NCBI GenBank assembly: GCA_010909165.1
Contig: MU008198.1
Span: 473,429 to 537,428 of the forward strand
Direction: 5' to 3'
DNA from: Anthoceros angustus
Taxonomy: Eukaryota; Plantae; Anthocerotophyta
Length of the DNA: 64,000 bases
Positions within the stretch are counted from its first letter, which is position 1, and each line of letters starts with the position of its first letter. The notes below the pieces were generated by a model that searched no databases, was not told where the DNA came from, and saw only the letters and a list, made by a program, of their open reading frames with translations. This document shows positions 11,386 through 25,845 of the stretch, piece by piece. The position numbers and the translations under genes are program-made.

Positions 11386-13127
11386 TCATGTTGTCACACT
11401 TAGTTTCACGAGACTTGATCACCACGGACGAGGTACATGATGAGATGAGCCCTAATTGACCTTGCTTGACCGCATGGAGAAGCACACCACTTACGTCTCA
11501 CGTGAAAAAGATATGGCGTGTTGCAAATGGCATTCCATAGTTCCTCATATTCATCTTCTTGTGGAGTAAGAATGTCTTGAGTGAATGTCTTAAGGACGCC
11601 TTCTTCATATTTGTTTTCCTCTTCAATAAAAATATCTTTCTCATATTCATTTTCTTGCTCTATAAAAATATCTAAGTTCTCCTCATATTGGTTTACTTCT
11701 TCTAAGAGAAATTCTTCGTTCTCATATTCATTTTTTCTTCATAAAAATGTACCTAGATCAAGATGTAGAAATGTCCTCGGCATATTGGTTTACCTCTTGA
11801 GTAGAAATGTCCTCCTCATATTCGTAAAAATGTATTGCTCATATTCACGTGTTCTTCACTAAAAATATGCTTGTCGTTATAATCGATTTCTTCTTCATTT
11901 TCCTTGTAGTAGTTTCTTCTTCATCTTCTTTATATTCTTTTCTTCATCATTTTCCTTATAGTTATTCCCTCTTCAGCAAAATATTTTTGCATAATCTTCT
12001 TCCTCTTGTTAGAAATATTCCTCATCATCATCTTTATCCTCACCAAGAATATCTTCGTCATTAGTGAAGGAGTTGCTACATTCAATTTCTTCATACCTTG
12101 GACCTGACGATTTTTTCATGTCTTCCACATCAAGATGAATGTCTTGCTCATATTTGCTTTTCGTTGAACTATTATGCTCATACTCATTTTCCTCTTCCTC
12201 TTCTTCTCATTTTCTACATAATCTTCTTCTTCTTCTACATAATCTTCTTCTTCTTCTTCTTCTACATAATCTTCTTCTTCTTCTTCTTCTACATAATCTT
12301 CTTCTTCTTCTTCATCACTTAGAAAAATTCCCTCATAATTGTCTTTTGTACTAAGAATGTCTTCGTCCAACAAGGAAGTCGCCACACTCAATTCCAAGAT
12401 GTTTTGGAAGTATGGCACTAATTTTGTTGCTCCACAAGGGATCTAGTTTGAAAATATAGCGACATTTTGAAGGACTTCCCAATATATAGTGCAAGTTACT
12501 TTTTAATTGTAGGATTTCTCGTGAAAGGAATCAATTTAAAGTCTACTTGCAATTGCAAAAATTTGTTTCAATGATCCTCTTGACCAAAGTGCATCTTTTA
12601 CAAAGACCTAGCATATATACATAGTGGATAGAAGAGATCTTGTGAGATGATTTTGAGCAATTTTGGCCTTCTCTTTTAAATTAGTTGAACAAGTTCTTGT
12701 GACTTGTATCTCCAAGTGATTGGAATTGTTTAAGGTCATCATAATGTAAAAGATATAACTTGATTCTACGGTTTCTCAAGAGGACAAAGAAGACTTTGTC
12801 AAACTTTTCAAACAAGCTTTTAAAAGTTTGTGGAACGGAAAAGTTTGGTCACTAAGTTTTGGCAAAACACGAGACAATTTGGGGACCAAGAAGGTTACGG
12901 TAGGGAAGTTTTTGCATGGATGAAGGAGGATGACTACAATGTAGGAAGTAGGGGATTTGTAGGCGTCCGAGCCAGCGTAATCGAGTTTCGAGACGAAGGT
13001 AGATAGGTAAGTGCTCGTAGACGTCCGTAGGTGGTCCGGACTTGGTTAATTGAGAGAACTGAGGGATGTCCTAGACTTAGCCGTTAACGGTAGAAAGGAG
13101 GCGAGTAGGATATGTTAGAAAACCCAT
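11386..13127 (-). CDS. Orphan acidic-repeat protein, unit 2
   Basis: ORF pieces such as DEDILSTKDNYEGIFLSDEEEEEDYVEEEEEEDYV (12116-12418) in the same order as in other copies. Confidence 0.5.
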
Positions 13128-14828
13128 TTGATACGCATATATAGGGGAATTAGGGTCTATTATGACATCCGAGAAACAAAGTTCCTTGGACTTGACTATA
13201 AATATCCAAGCGGGTAGGAAGTCCTTGGCCTTTGGGGTTTCGTAGAAAGTTCCTTGTCGAGACCATGGTAGAAAAGGATATGAGATAGAGCCATGCATTT
13301 CATGAGCCAAGGAGGATAACTTCCTTGGAATCGGAGGGGGGTTCAATTTCTCGAATGTCACGCAGAGGGCTATATATACATGTCTTATAATATATAGAAG
13401 ATGAGATTTGATGATCGGGATCATCGAGGAGGACACGTGGCGCACATCGAGATGGGGCGCAACTAGGGACCGGATCCAACCGGATTATCACGAGAAGGAA
13501 AAGGCGTGCGTATAAGGCAAGACCATATGTCGAGGAAAGGAATCCTCTATAAGCTAGGACTAGACAAAGTAGTTCAAGGTGTTTGGAGGCGAACAAATTG
13601 CAGGTGGCGGAGGCCCTCTACATACTAAGGAGGCGGGGGACATTATTCGCACAAGTGATGCGAAGAAGATTTTGATGCAGGCTTTTGGTGGTCCACTATG
13701 CAAAGGGACATGGAAATTTATCGAGCTGTGATGCGTGTCAAAGGATAGGGAGACCACATCTCCTAAGGGCACATCTCCTAAGAGAACGTTCCTCCAAGCC
13801 GAGCATGGCCCCTATGCTCTTCAACATGGGTAGGGAACAACATCCTACCCCAAGGATGAAGGAGTTCTTACATGCTCATGTCCAACACACCCAAGCTCCC
13901 TCGAGCACATCACACACCTTGAATATATGGTACTGCCCTAGCGAGCTCCTCACCAACCTCCTTAGCAACATTTCTCCTTAGTGAACTCCTCTGCCAAATC
14001 TCCCTTCAGTTGACCTCGCTGCCCAATTCTCAGAGCGGCCACCACGATGGCCCCCTTTCACATTTGCTTGCAGCCCAAATACAAATTTCGCCTTCCTCAA
14101 GTGAATCCCCATCGCGATTCCTTCACCATGTTGCAGCCCAGATCCCCAAAGCTCAGCTCATAACTGTGCTTGCCAAACAAGACCTAGGCCTCCTCCTAGC
14201 ATTTGCAGCACCACACCTCGTAATCATGTCAATTCCACCAGCAGCAAAAGGCAAAGGCTTGCCTTCACAATTCACACCCTTCGTAGCCCACAACCAAGAC
14301 TCCACTTCTCACATTGCAAGGTCATCACCTCCTAAGTTCCACTAATCACAAGCTCCAGTTCATGGCCTCACATTAGCTCACAAGGCACAAATTTCTCCCA
14401 AAATCCCAACTTCCGGTGACTCTCTATCTTGGCTTCTCCACACCTTAGCTCCAAAAGTTGAGCTCTTGCCTCTGCACACCCAGACAACGCGCCCTCTTCC
14501 AACTTGCATGCCCAATTAGCCTGCTACTTCCCAGACACACTTGCAGCTCCTAGCTCCTTCCAACTATGTGCCCAAGAACTTCCAAGCGCCCTTTAAGCAC
14601 TCGCCAAACATACATTCCTATTTTATCGCTACTTAAACTAGGGGTTCCAAATCAATCACTAATTCCCTTTGCACATATAGTCTATGGGGCAAGATTCTAC
14701 CCTACCCGCTCATCTATCTAGGCTTGAGAAACTTCCAAATTCCTACCCTTGTCCCTAACTTTCTGGATGGCTCAAGAAGAAACACTCGTTACTTACTCAC
14801 GATCACTTTGAATAAAGATTGAACCAAA

Positions 14829-15961
14829 ATGAACCGAATCGGATCAAAATGACAAAGGGACCCAAACTTTCGTTGCACGCTCACTCCATGAATAACTCAA
14901 GGTTATCTTCAAGTGCGAATGATGAAAGTATTGCTAATTTGTGTGCCGCAATGCAACGAGGCCTACCAAGCAAGATTTTACTTTCATTTATTTCACCGAG
15001 TACCTAAACTAGTTAATGGACAACAATGATGGATATTTGCAGCGTTGAATGTCGCGGTCGTAAATACATTATGAAGGAAACAAAATCATCGAAGGATCCA
15101 AATAGTTGGGTGATGCGGATTTGTATTATCAATATCTTTTCAAAGGTTAGGCGAGAAGTGATATGGGATACGATTTCAAAGTTGAACTAGTATGTCGACA
15201 CCTTATATATGGATGAAATTCATATTCGCATTTAGATTTAGATTCGGATATTTGGGACCGCTTCACCACTCGAGAAGCTAGTGCTAGTTGTTGATGAGGA
15301 GGAAAGTGATCATTTTTATTATTTCTAGCGCATGAGCTGGATGATTCACGTGACATGTTTCATTTATATGTATATTCTTTAGCCATAGGTCAATGGAGGT
15401 TCAAGAATTCAACCAAAAAGAAACATAGGTGACATGTTCATCGAATTTGTAAGTGTAAGATTCGGAGTTAATATTACTTTGATTGCACATGTTGTAGACG
15501 ACAATTATGATGTATTATTTGAGCTGGTGTCATTTGATAATGAGATAATTACAAGTCCAAACCTTTATGAGTGGAAACCCTCTTGAGCCTTTAAATTTAC
15601 ATCCATATGGTGAAGTACGGAAATTGGATTTGTTGCCCACAATGGACACTTTTATGGTATGGATGGTAAAAGAAGGGTAAGAAGTTTTCTATCGCCATCA
15701 AAAGCGTAACCAACAAGCGCTCAAGTGGGAAAGTTTAATCACGAGGACTTTGCAATACAAAGCCTATTTGCACGCTTGTTCCACCTAGTCAATGGAAGTG
15801 TTTGGAATTGGCGACTTTATATATTTACATTTTTTGTAAAAGAAATCGAAAAGACGGAAAAGATGATAGGAGTTGTGTACATTACCTTATCCAACAATAT
15901 AATTTACAATGGATGGAGAATTGTGTTTCAAGATGAAATTGTCAACCCCATGAGGACATGA
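14829..15961 (+). pseudogene. F-box/F-box-associated-like gene, unit 2
   Basis: Same as the unit-6 copy; includes ORF piece 15725-15961. Confidence 0.45.
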
Positions 15962-17570
15962 AGCCTAGAAGGACCAACTTCCATTTTGGGGTGTTCAAAA
16001 TTTTTCATGTTTGTTCATCATCTAGAAATGATCTACTTGACAAAAAGTCTAAATAAGTATACTAGAATTTAGATACAAAACCGATTCTTACAACATAGAT
16101 AAATCAAATAGCGATTCTTGAAAAGAAATCTTTTTAGTCCACGGACAATGTAATCCCGAAAGAAATTATATCTTGTTGTATCTTTCATTGCTTATTTGTC
16201 CCCTTAAATCGAGGTTGACAATGGGGGGGCTAGTCCCCTTTGGCTGAGGTCAGAGAGTTGTTCCATCACCCGGTGTAGATGGGGACTTCCTATCTCTTGC
16301 ATATTTATAAAGTCTCCACGTTCTCTCTATTTTTGTCCAGATTTTTCACGAATGTATCTTTACCTTTTTTTTTACTTTAAATTTTACATACATTGATTCA
16401 CGCTCGAATTCCATAGCTGAATAATTGTAGAAATAAAAATAATATAATACTATTTTATTTCCTTTTCGACGCATGAAAACTAAAGTGCCTCAACAAAGTG
16501 AACAAAGTTTGAGTGCCAAGGTAGGAACATAGTCGGAGTGGCGGTAAAATATGGACAACTAAAAATGCACGTCAAATTAGGTTCTTACGGTGTCATTGGC
16601 GAAGTTAGGTTTCTCATAGCATGGCACAAATGATATGATGACGGCGGATTGGTATATGGGTAGGGCAAAATGTGGTGAACTCAAACTTTGAGGCACGCCA
16701 CGTTTTCGCACATGAACACAAAGAGTGTGGTGATATGGATTGCCTCGCATAGCTACTATGCCCATCGGCAACAAGGCCACCAGAGGTGCTTGCTCTATAT
16801 GAGTGGAGCTCTGGAGCGTCGGGATGGCATGAGCTTGCATCGTGCAAGTCCCTCATTTCGCACTCATATCTAGCACCAAAAGTTGCCAACAAGCGATCCT
16901 CGCCCAAGCTCCTTTAAATTTGCAAATTTATACTTAAGCTAAGCACATGCAAACGCTTGATCTAAGAGGCATATAATGTACGTCCTATTGGAGTGATGCC
17001 TGCCGCCTAGCGCATGATGATCTAGGGCCCCTTTACCTTTCCTCACGACCATATCCTACAATCACCACATGTCCACCACATCCTTCGCCATAGACATGGG
17101 CATCATGTATGAAGCTTCTTCCCTTGGTACATAGCACCTAATTGTCGACAAGACACGCTGCACAAGGCCCACACCTATAGGTGAGTATCGATACTTTGTA
17201 TTTTATATTTTATAACTTAAATAGTTAAATACAAAAAATATAAAATTTGATATATATAGTAAAATATATTTGCAACAAATAATACATGCCGATGGAGAAG
17301 AAAAAAGGGCTTTTATTAAAGGAGAAGAGATGGGGTAAGCATCTACCTTCAAAGGCTAACACCAGCTGTGTGGGACATCAAGGGTCCGTGTTTTAAGCAA
17401 CCAAGTCACCCGTTTTGATGGAATGGAAAGAAATGTTGAAGTCCAAGAGCTAGGAAGCCCCACACCATGTATGTGACCGTGAAAGGCTTGAGCGCGACTT
17501 GATAAATTTATCAAAGTCCTCACCAATGTGCCATACATTTGAAAGCGAGCAAAATGAAGAGTGGTGCACT

Positions 17571-19393
17571 TCATGTTGTCACACTTAGTTTCACGAGACT
17601 TGATCACCACGGACGAGGTACATGATGAGATGAGCCCTAATTGACCTTGCTTGACCGCATGGAGAAGCACACGCCACTACGTCTCACGTGAAAAAGATAT
17701 GGCGTGTTGCAAATGGCATTCCATAGTTCCTCATATTCATCTTCTTGTGGAGTAAGAATGTCTTGAGTGAATGTCTTAAGGACGCCTTCTTCATATTTGT
17801 TTTCCTCTTCAATAAAAATATCTTTCTCATATTCATTTTCTTGCTCTATAAAAATATCTAAGTTCTCCTCATATTGGTTTACTTCTTCTAAGAGAAATTC
17901 TTCGTTCTCATATTCATTTTTTCTTCATAAAAATGTACCTAGACCTAAGATGAGAAATGTCCTCGGCATATTGGTTTACCTCTTGAGTAGAAATGTCCTC
18001 CTCATATTCGTCTTAAAAATGTATTGCTCATATTACGTGTTCTTCTTCACTAAAAATATGCTTGTCGTTATAATCGATTTCTTCTTCATTTTCCTTGTAG
18101 TAGTTTCCTTCTTCATCTTCTTTATATTCTTTTCTTCATCATTTTCCTTATAGTTATTCCCTCTTCAGCAAAAATATTTTTGCATAATCTTCTTCCTCTT
18201 GCTAGAAATATTCCTCATCATCATCTTCATCCTCACCAAGAATATCTTCGTCATTAGTGAAGGAGTTGCTACATTCAATTTCTTCATACCTTGGACCTGG
18301 ACGATTTTTTCATGTCTTCCACATCAAGATGAATGTCTTGCTCATATTTGCTTTCTTTGTCTTGAACTATTATGCTCATACTCATTTTCCTCTTCCTCTT
18401 CCTCATTCTACATAATCTTCTTCTTCTTCTTCTTCTTCTTCTTCTACATAATCTTCTTCTTCTTCTTCTTCTACATAATCTTCTTCTTCTTCTTCTTCTT
18501 CTTCTTCTTCTTCTTCTTCTTCTACATAATCTTCTTCTTCTTCTTCTACATAATCTTCTTCTTCTTCTTCATCATCACTTAGAAAAATTCCCTCATAATT
18601 GTCTTTTGTACTAAGAATGTCTTAACAACAAGGAAGTCGCCACACTCAATTCCAAGATGTTTTGGAAGTATGGCACTAATTTTGTTGCTCCACAAGGGAT
18701 CTAGTTTGAAAATATAGCGACATTTTGAAGGACTTCCCAATATATAGTGGTTACTTTTTAATTGTAGGACGATTTCGTCGTGAAAGGAATCAATTTAAAG
18801 TCTACTTGCAATTGCAAAAATTTGTTTCAATGATCCTCTTGACCAAAGTCTGCTGCATCTTTTACAAGATGACCTAACGACATATCTCATGGATAGAAGA
18901 GATCTTGTGAGATGATTTTGAGCAATTTTGGCCTTCTCTTTTAAATTAGTTGAACAAGTTCTTGTGACTTGTATCTCCAAGTGATTGGAATTGTTTAAGG
19001 TCATCATAAGCGTAAAAGATATAACTTGATTGTTTATCAAGAGGACAAAGAAGCACTTTGTCAAACTTTTCAAACAAGCTTTTAAAAGTTTGTGGAACGG
19101 AAAAGTTTGGTCTAAGTTTTTGGCAAAACACGAGACAATTTGGGGACCAAGGGAAGGTTACGTAGGGAAGTTTTAGATGGATGAAGGGAGGATGACTACA
19201 ATCTGTAGGAAGTAGGGGATTTGTAGGCCCCGAGCTAGCGTAATCGAGTTTCGACGCAAGGTAGATAGTAGGTAAGTCGCTCAGGGACGTCGTAGGTGGT
19301 CCGGGACTTGGTTAATTGAGAGAACTTGTAGGATGTCCTAGACTTAGCTAACGGTAGAAAGGAGGCGAGAGTAGGATATGTTAGAAAACCCAT
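17571..19393 (-). CDS. Orphan acidic-repeat protein, unit 3
   Basis: Pieces 18946-19131 (PQTFKSLFEKFDKVLLCPL..SSYIFYAYDDLKQF) and the (GAA)nGATTATGTA block at 18408-18580. Confidence 0.5.
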
Positions 19394-21062
19394 TTGATAC
19401 GCATATAGGGGAATTAGGGGTCTATTATGACATCCGAGAAACAAAGTTCCTTGGACTTCACTATAAATATCCAAGCGGGTAGGAAGTCCTTGGCCTTTGG
19501 GGTTTCGTAGAAAGTTCCTTGTCGAGACCATGGTAGAAAAGGATATGAGATAGAGCCATGCATGAGCCAAGGAGGATAACTTCCTTGGAATTGGGGCGGG
19601 AGGGGGGGGTTCAATTTCGAATGTCACGCAGAGGGCTATATATACATGTCTTATCGATATATAGAAGATGAGATTTGATGATCGGGATCATCGAGGAGGA
19701 CACGCGCACATCGAGATGGGGCGCAACTAGGGACCGGATACCAACCGGATTATCACGAAGGAAAAGTCAGATTCGTGCATAAGGCACCATATTGTCGAGA
19801 AGGAATCCTCTATAAGCTAGGACTAGACAAAGTAGTTCAAGGTGTTTGGAGGCGAACAAATTGCGTGGCGGAGGCCCTCTACATACTAAGGAGGGGGGAC
19901 ATTATTCTGCAAGTGCCAAGAAGATTTTGACCGCAGGCTTTTGGTGGTCCACTATGCAAAGGGACATGGAAATTTATCGAGTGATGCGTGTCAATAGGGA
20001 GACCACATCTCCTAAGGGCACATCTCCTAAGAGAACGTTCCTCCAAGCCGAGCATGGCCCCTATGCTCTTCAACATGGGTAGGGAACAACATCCTACCCC
20101 AAGGATCTGAATTAGGAGTTCTTACATGCTCATGTCCAACACACCCAAGCTCCTCGAGCACATCACACACCTTGAATATATGGTACTGTTCCCTAGCGAG
20201 CTCCTCACCAACCTCCTTAGCAACATTTCTCCTTAGTGAACTCCGCCAAATCTCCTTGTTGACCTCGCTGCCCAATTCTCGAGGCCACCACGATGGCCCC
20301 TTTCACATTTGCTTGCAGCCCAAATACAAATCGCCTTCCTCAAGTGAATCCCCATCGCGATTCCTTCACCATGTTGCAGCCGGATCCCCAAAGCTCAGCT
20401 CATAAGTGCTTGCCAAACAAGACCTAGGCCCCTCCTAGCATTTGCGACCACACCGTAATCATGTCAATTCCGCTTGGTTGTAAGCAAAAGGCAAAGGCTT
20501 GCCTTCACACCACACCGTAGCCCCACAACCAAGACTCCACTTCTCACATTGCAAGGTCATCACCTCCTAAGTTCCACTAATCACAAGCTCCAGTTCATGG
20601 CCTCCAGCTTAGCTCACAAGGCACAAATTTCTCCCAAAATCCCAACTTCCGACAAGACTCTATCTTGGCTTCTCCACACCTTAGCTCCAAAAGTTGAGCT
20701 CTTGCCTCTGACACCCACGACAACGCCTCTTCCAACTTGCATGCCTTAATTAGCCCGTACTTCAGCACTCCTTGCAGCTCCTAGCTCCTTCCAACTATGT
20801 GCCCAAGAACTTCCGCGCCGCCTTTAAGCAATCGCCCCGCCAAACATACATTCCTATTTTTCTGCTACTTAAACTAGGGGTTCCAAATCAATCACTAATT
20901 CCCTTTGCACATATAGTCTATGGGGCAAGATTCTACCCTACCGCTCATCTATCTAGGCTTGAGAAACTTCCAAATTCCTACCCTTGTCCCTAACTTTCTG
21001 GATGGCTCAAGAAGAAACACTCGTTACTACTCACGATCACTTTGAATAAAGATTGAACCAAA

Positions 21063-22205
21063 ATGAACCGAATCGGATCAAAATGACAAAGGGACCCAAA
21101 CTTTTGCGCACGCACTCCATGAATAACTCAAGGTTATCTTCAAGTGTACCGCAATGATGAAAGTATTGCTAATTTGTGTGCCGCAATGCAACGAGGCCTA
21201 CCAAGCAAGATTTTACTTTCATTTATTTCCACCGAGTACCTAAACTAGTTAATGGACAACAATGATGGATATTTGCAGCGGGGTCGTTGGTCGTAAATAC
21301 ATTATGAAGGAAACAAAATCATCGAAGGATCCAAATAGTTGGGTGATGCGGTTTGTATTATCAATATCTTTCAAAGGTTAGTTAGAAGTGATATGGGATA
21401 CGATTTCAAAGTTGAACTAGTATGTCGACACCTTATATATGGATGAAATTCATATTCGCATTTAGATTTAGATTCGGATATTTGGGACTCACCACTCGAG
21501 AAGCTAGTGCTAGTTGTTGATGAGGAGGAAAGTGATCATTTTTATTATTTCTAGCGCATGAGCTGGACGATGATTCACGTGACATGTTTCATTTATATGT
21601 ATATTCTTTAGCCATAGGTCAATGGACGGTTCAAGAATTCAACCAAAAAGAAACATAGGTGACATGTTCATCAGAATCGTGTAAGTGCTATCGAGATTCG
21701 GAGTTAATATTACTTTGATTGCACATGTTGTAGACGACAATTATGATGTATTATTTGAGCTGGTGTCATTTGATAATGAGATAATTACAAGTCAGCAAAC
21801 CTTTATGAGTGGAAACCCTCTTGAGCCTTTAAATTTACATCCATATGGTGAAGTACGGAAATTGGATTTGTTGCCCACAATGGACACTTTTATGGTATGG
21901 ATGGTAAAAGAAGGGTAAGAAGTTTTCTATCGCCATCTAAAAGCGTAACCAACAAGCGCTCAAGTGGGAAAGTTTAATCACGAGGACTTTGCAATACAAA
22001 GCCTATTTGCACGTTGTTCCACCTAGTCAATGGAAGTGTTTGGAATTGGCGACTTTATATATTTACATTTTTTGTACAGTTAAGAAATCGAAAAGATGGA
22101 AAAGATGATAGGAGTTGTGTACATTACCTTGTCTGCAACAATATAATTTACAATGGATGGAGAATTGTGTTTCAAGATGAAATTGTCAACCCCATGAGGA
22201 CATGA
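21063..22205 (+). pseudogene. F-box/F-box-associated-like gene, unit 3
   Basis: ORF pieces 21685-21918 and 22014-22205. Confidence 0.45.
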
Positions 22206-24028
22206 ACCCTAGAAGGACCAACTTCCATTTTGGGGTGTTCAAAATTTTTCATGTTTGTTCATCATCTAGAAATGATCTACTTGACAAAAGTCTAAATAAG
22301 TATACTAGAATTTAGATACAAAAACCGATTCTTACAACATAGATAAATCAAATAGCGATTCTTGAAAAGAAATCTTTTTAGTCCACGGACAATGTAATCC
22401 CGAAAGAAATTATATCTTGTTGTATCTTTCATTGCTTATTTGTCCCCTTAAATCGAGGTTGACAACGGGGCTAGTCCCTTTGGCCCGAGGTCCAGAGAGT
22501 TGTTCCATCACCGGTGTAGATGGGGACTTCCTATCTCTTGCATATTTATAAAGTCTCCACGTTCTCTCTATTTTTGTCCGATTTTTCACGAATGTATCTT
22601 TACCTTTTTTTTACTTTAAATTTTACATACATTGATTCACGCTCGAATTCCATAGCTGAATAATTGTAGAAATAAAAATAATATAATACTATTTTATTTC
22701 CTTTTCGACGATGAAAACTAAAGTGCCTCAACAAAGTGAACAAAGTTTGAGTGCAAGGTAGGAACATAGTCGGAGTGGCGGTAAAATATGGACAACTAAA
22801 AATGCACGTCAAATTAGGTTCTTACTGTCATTTCCACCAGAGTTAGGTTTCTCATAGCATGGCACAAATGATATGATGACATGGATGGTGATTCCGGGTA
22901 TGGGTAGGGGTATGCAAAATGTGGTGAACTCAAACTTTGAGGCACGCCGCAGCATGAACACAAAGAGTGTGGTGATATGGATTGCCTCGATAGCATAGGC
23001 TATGCCCATGGCAACAAGGGCGGCACCGCCGAGGTGCTTGCTCTATATGAGTGGAGCTCACGAATGGAGGACCCTCGGATGGCATGAGCTTGCATCGTGC
23101 AAGTCCCTCATTTCGCACTCATATCTAGCACCAAAAGTTGCCAACAAAGCGATCCTCGCCCAAGCTCCTTTAAATTTGCAAATTTATACATGAAGCTAAT
23201 CGCACCATGCCGGGTAAACGCTTGATCTAAAGAGGGCCGATACGCCCTATTGGAGTGATGCTGCTGCCTAGCTGCATGATGATCTAGGGCCCCTTTACCT
23301 TTCCTGCCGACCATATCCTACAATCACCACATGTCCACCACATCCTTCCCGCCATAGACATGGGCATCATGTATGAAGCTTCTTCCCTTGGTACATAGCA
23401 CCTAATTGTCAAGACACGCTTGGCCCACACCTATAGGTGAGTATCGATATTTGTATTTTATATTTTTATAACTTAAATAGTTAAATACAAAAATATAAAA
23501 TTTGATATATATAGTAAATATATTTGCAAGTAACAAATAATACATGCCGCATGGAGAAGAAAATAAAAGGGCTTTTATTAAAGGAGAAGAGATGGGGTAA
23601 GCCCATCTACCTTTCAAAGGCTAACACTAGCTAGGGACCTCAAGGGTCCGTAAGCTAAGCAACTAAGCTCTGAATCTAAAATCTATGGCTCCTGCAATAT
23701 CATGACTAAGTAGGTTTTAGAGGATGTGAGCACGCTTTGGTGGCTCGATTCACGTATGAAAACGGTGTGCCACAGGATCACCTGGACCAATCGAGGTGTC
23801 ACCATGATCACCTATTATCATTGTCGTCCTAAGGATGCCTCGTGCGAGCGCCCGTTGGAGAGCAATGGACACATGTTGTGGAAAGAAAGCTGTGAAGTCC
23901 AAGAGCTAGGAAGCCCCACACCATGTATGTGACCGTGAAAGGCTTGAGCAAAGACTTGATAAATTTATCAAAGTCCTCACCAATGTGCCATACATTTTGA
24001 AAGCGAGCAAAATGAAGAGTGGTGCACT

Positions 24029-25845
24029 TCATGTTGTCACACTTAGTTTCACGAGACTTGATCACCACGGACGAGGTACATGATGAGATGAGCCCTAATT
24101 GACCTTGCTTGACCGCATGGAGAAGCACACGGCCACTTACGCCTCACGTGAAAAAGATATGGCGTGTTGCAAATGGCATTCCATAGTTCCTCATATTCAT
24201 CTTCTTGTGGAGTAAGAATGTCTTGAGTGAATGTCTTAAGGACGTCTTCTTCATATTTGTTTTCCTCTTCAATAAAAATATCTTTCTCATATTCATTTTC
24301 TTGCTCTATAAAAATATCTAAGTTCTCCTCATATTGGTTTACTTCTTCTAAGAGAAATTCTTCGTTCTCATATTCATTTTTTCTTCATAAAAAATGTACC
24401 TAGACTGAAGATGCGTAGAAATGTCCTCGGCATATTGGTTTACCTCTTGAGTAGAAATGTCCTCCTCATATTCGTCTTGAGTAAAAATGTATTGCTCATA
24501 TTCGTCGCGTTCTTCACTAAAAATATGCTTGTCGTTATAATCGATTTCTTCTTCATTTTCCTTGTAGTAGTTTCTTCTTCATCTTCTTTATATTCTTTTT
24601 CTTCATCATTTTCCTTATAGTTATTCCCTCTTCAGCAAAATATTTTTGCATAATCTTCTTCCTCTTGATTAGAAATATTCCCTCATCATCATCTTCATCC
24701 TCACCAAGAATATCTTCGTCATTAGTGAAGGAGTTGCTACATTCAATTTCTTCATACCTTGGACCTGGACGATTTTTTTCATGTCTTCCACATCAAGATG
24801 AATGTCTTGCTCATATTTGCTTTCTTTGGCAGTTGAACTATTATGCTCCTACTCATTTTCCTCTTCCTCTTCCTCATTTTCTACATAATCTTCTTCTTCT
24901 TCTTCTTCTACATAATCTTCTTCTTCTTCTTCTTCTACATAATCTTCTTCTTCTTCTTCTTCTTCTTCTTCTTCTTCTTCTTCTACATAATCTTCTTCTT
25001 CTTCTTCTACATAATCTTCTTCTTCTTCTTCATCACTTAGAAAAATTCCCTCATAATTGTCTTTTGTACTAAGAATGTCTTCGTCAAGGAAGTCGCCACA
25101 CTCAATTCCAAGATGTTTTGGAAGTATGGCACTAATTTTGTTGCTCCACAAGGGATCTAGTTTGAAAATATAGCGACATTTTGAAGGACTTCCCAATATA
25201 TAGTGTGTTACTTTTTAATTGTAGGATTTCGTGAAAGGAATCAATTTAAAGTCTACTTGCAATTGCAAAAATTTGTTTCAATGATCCTCTTGACCAAAGT
25301 CTCATGCATCTTTTACAAGATGACCTAACGCATATCCGATGATAGAAGAGATCTTGTGAGATGATTTTGAGCAATTTTGGCCTTCTCTTTTAAATTAGTT
25401 GCGAACAAGTTCTTGTGACTTGTATCTCCAAGTGATTGGAATTGTTTAAGGTCATCATAATCGTAAAAGATATAACTTGATTCTACGGTCAAGAGGACAA
25501 AGAAGCACTTTGTCAAACTTTTCAAACAAGCTTTTAAAAGTTTGTGGAACGGAAAAGTTTGGTCAGCTAAGTTTTGGCAAAACACGACAATTTGGGGACC
25601 AAGGCGAAGGTTACGTAGGGAAGTTTTTGCGATGGATGAAGGAGGATGACTACAATTCGTAGGAAGTAGGGGATTTGTAGGCGTCCGAGCCAGCGTAATC
25701 GAGTTTCGAGACAGAAGGTAGGTAGGTAAGTCGCTCAGGACGTCCGTAGGTGGTCCGACTTGGTTAATTGAGAGAACTCAGGGATGTCCTAGACTTAGCC
25801 GTTAACGGTAGAAAGGAGGCGAGTAGGATATGTTAGAAAACCCAT
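24029..25845 (-). CDS. Orphan acidic-repeat protein, unit 4
   Basis: ORF pieces 25325-25585 and 24849-25196 (GSPSKCRYIFKLDPLWSNKISAILPKHLGIECGDF..DEEEEEDYV..). Confidence 0.5.

Noticed and set aside
16900-17160. Helitron termini at the unit junction
   Set aside because: Several ctag sites are nearby, but no convincing hairpin plus CTRR/TC junction at the array ends and no RepHel coding sequence.
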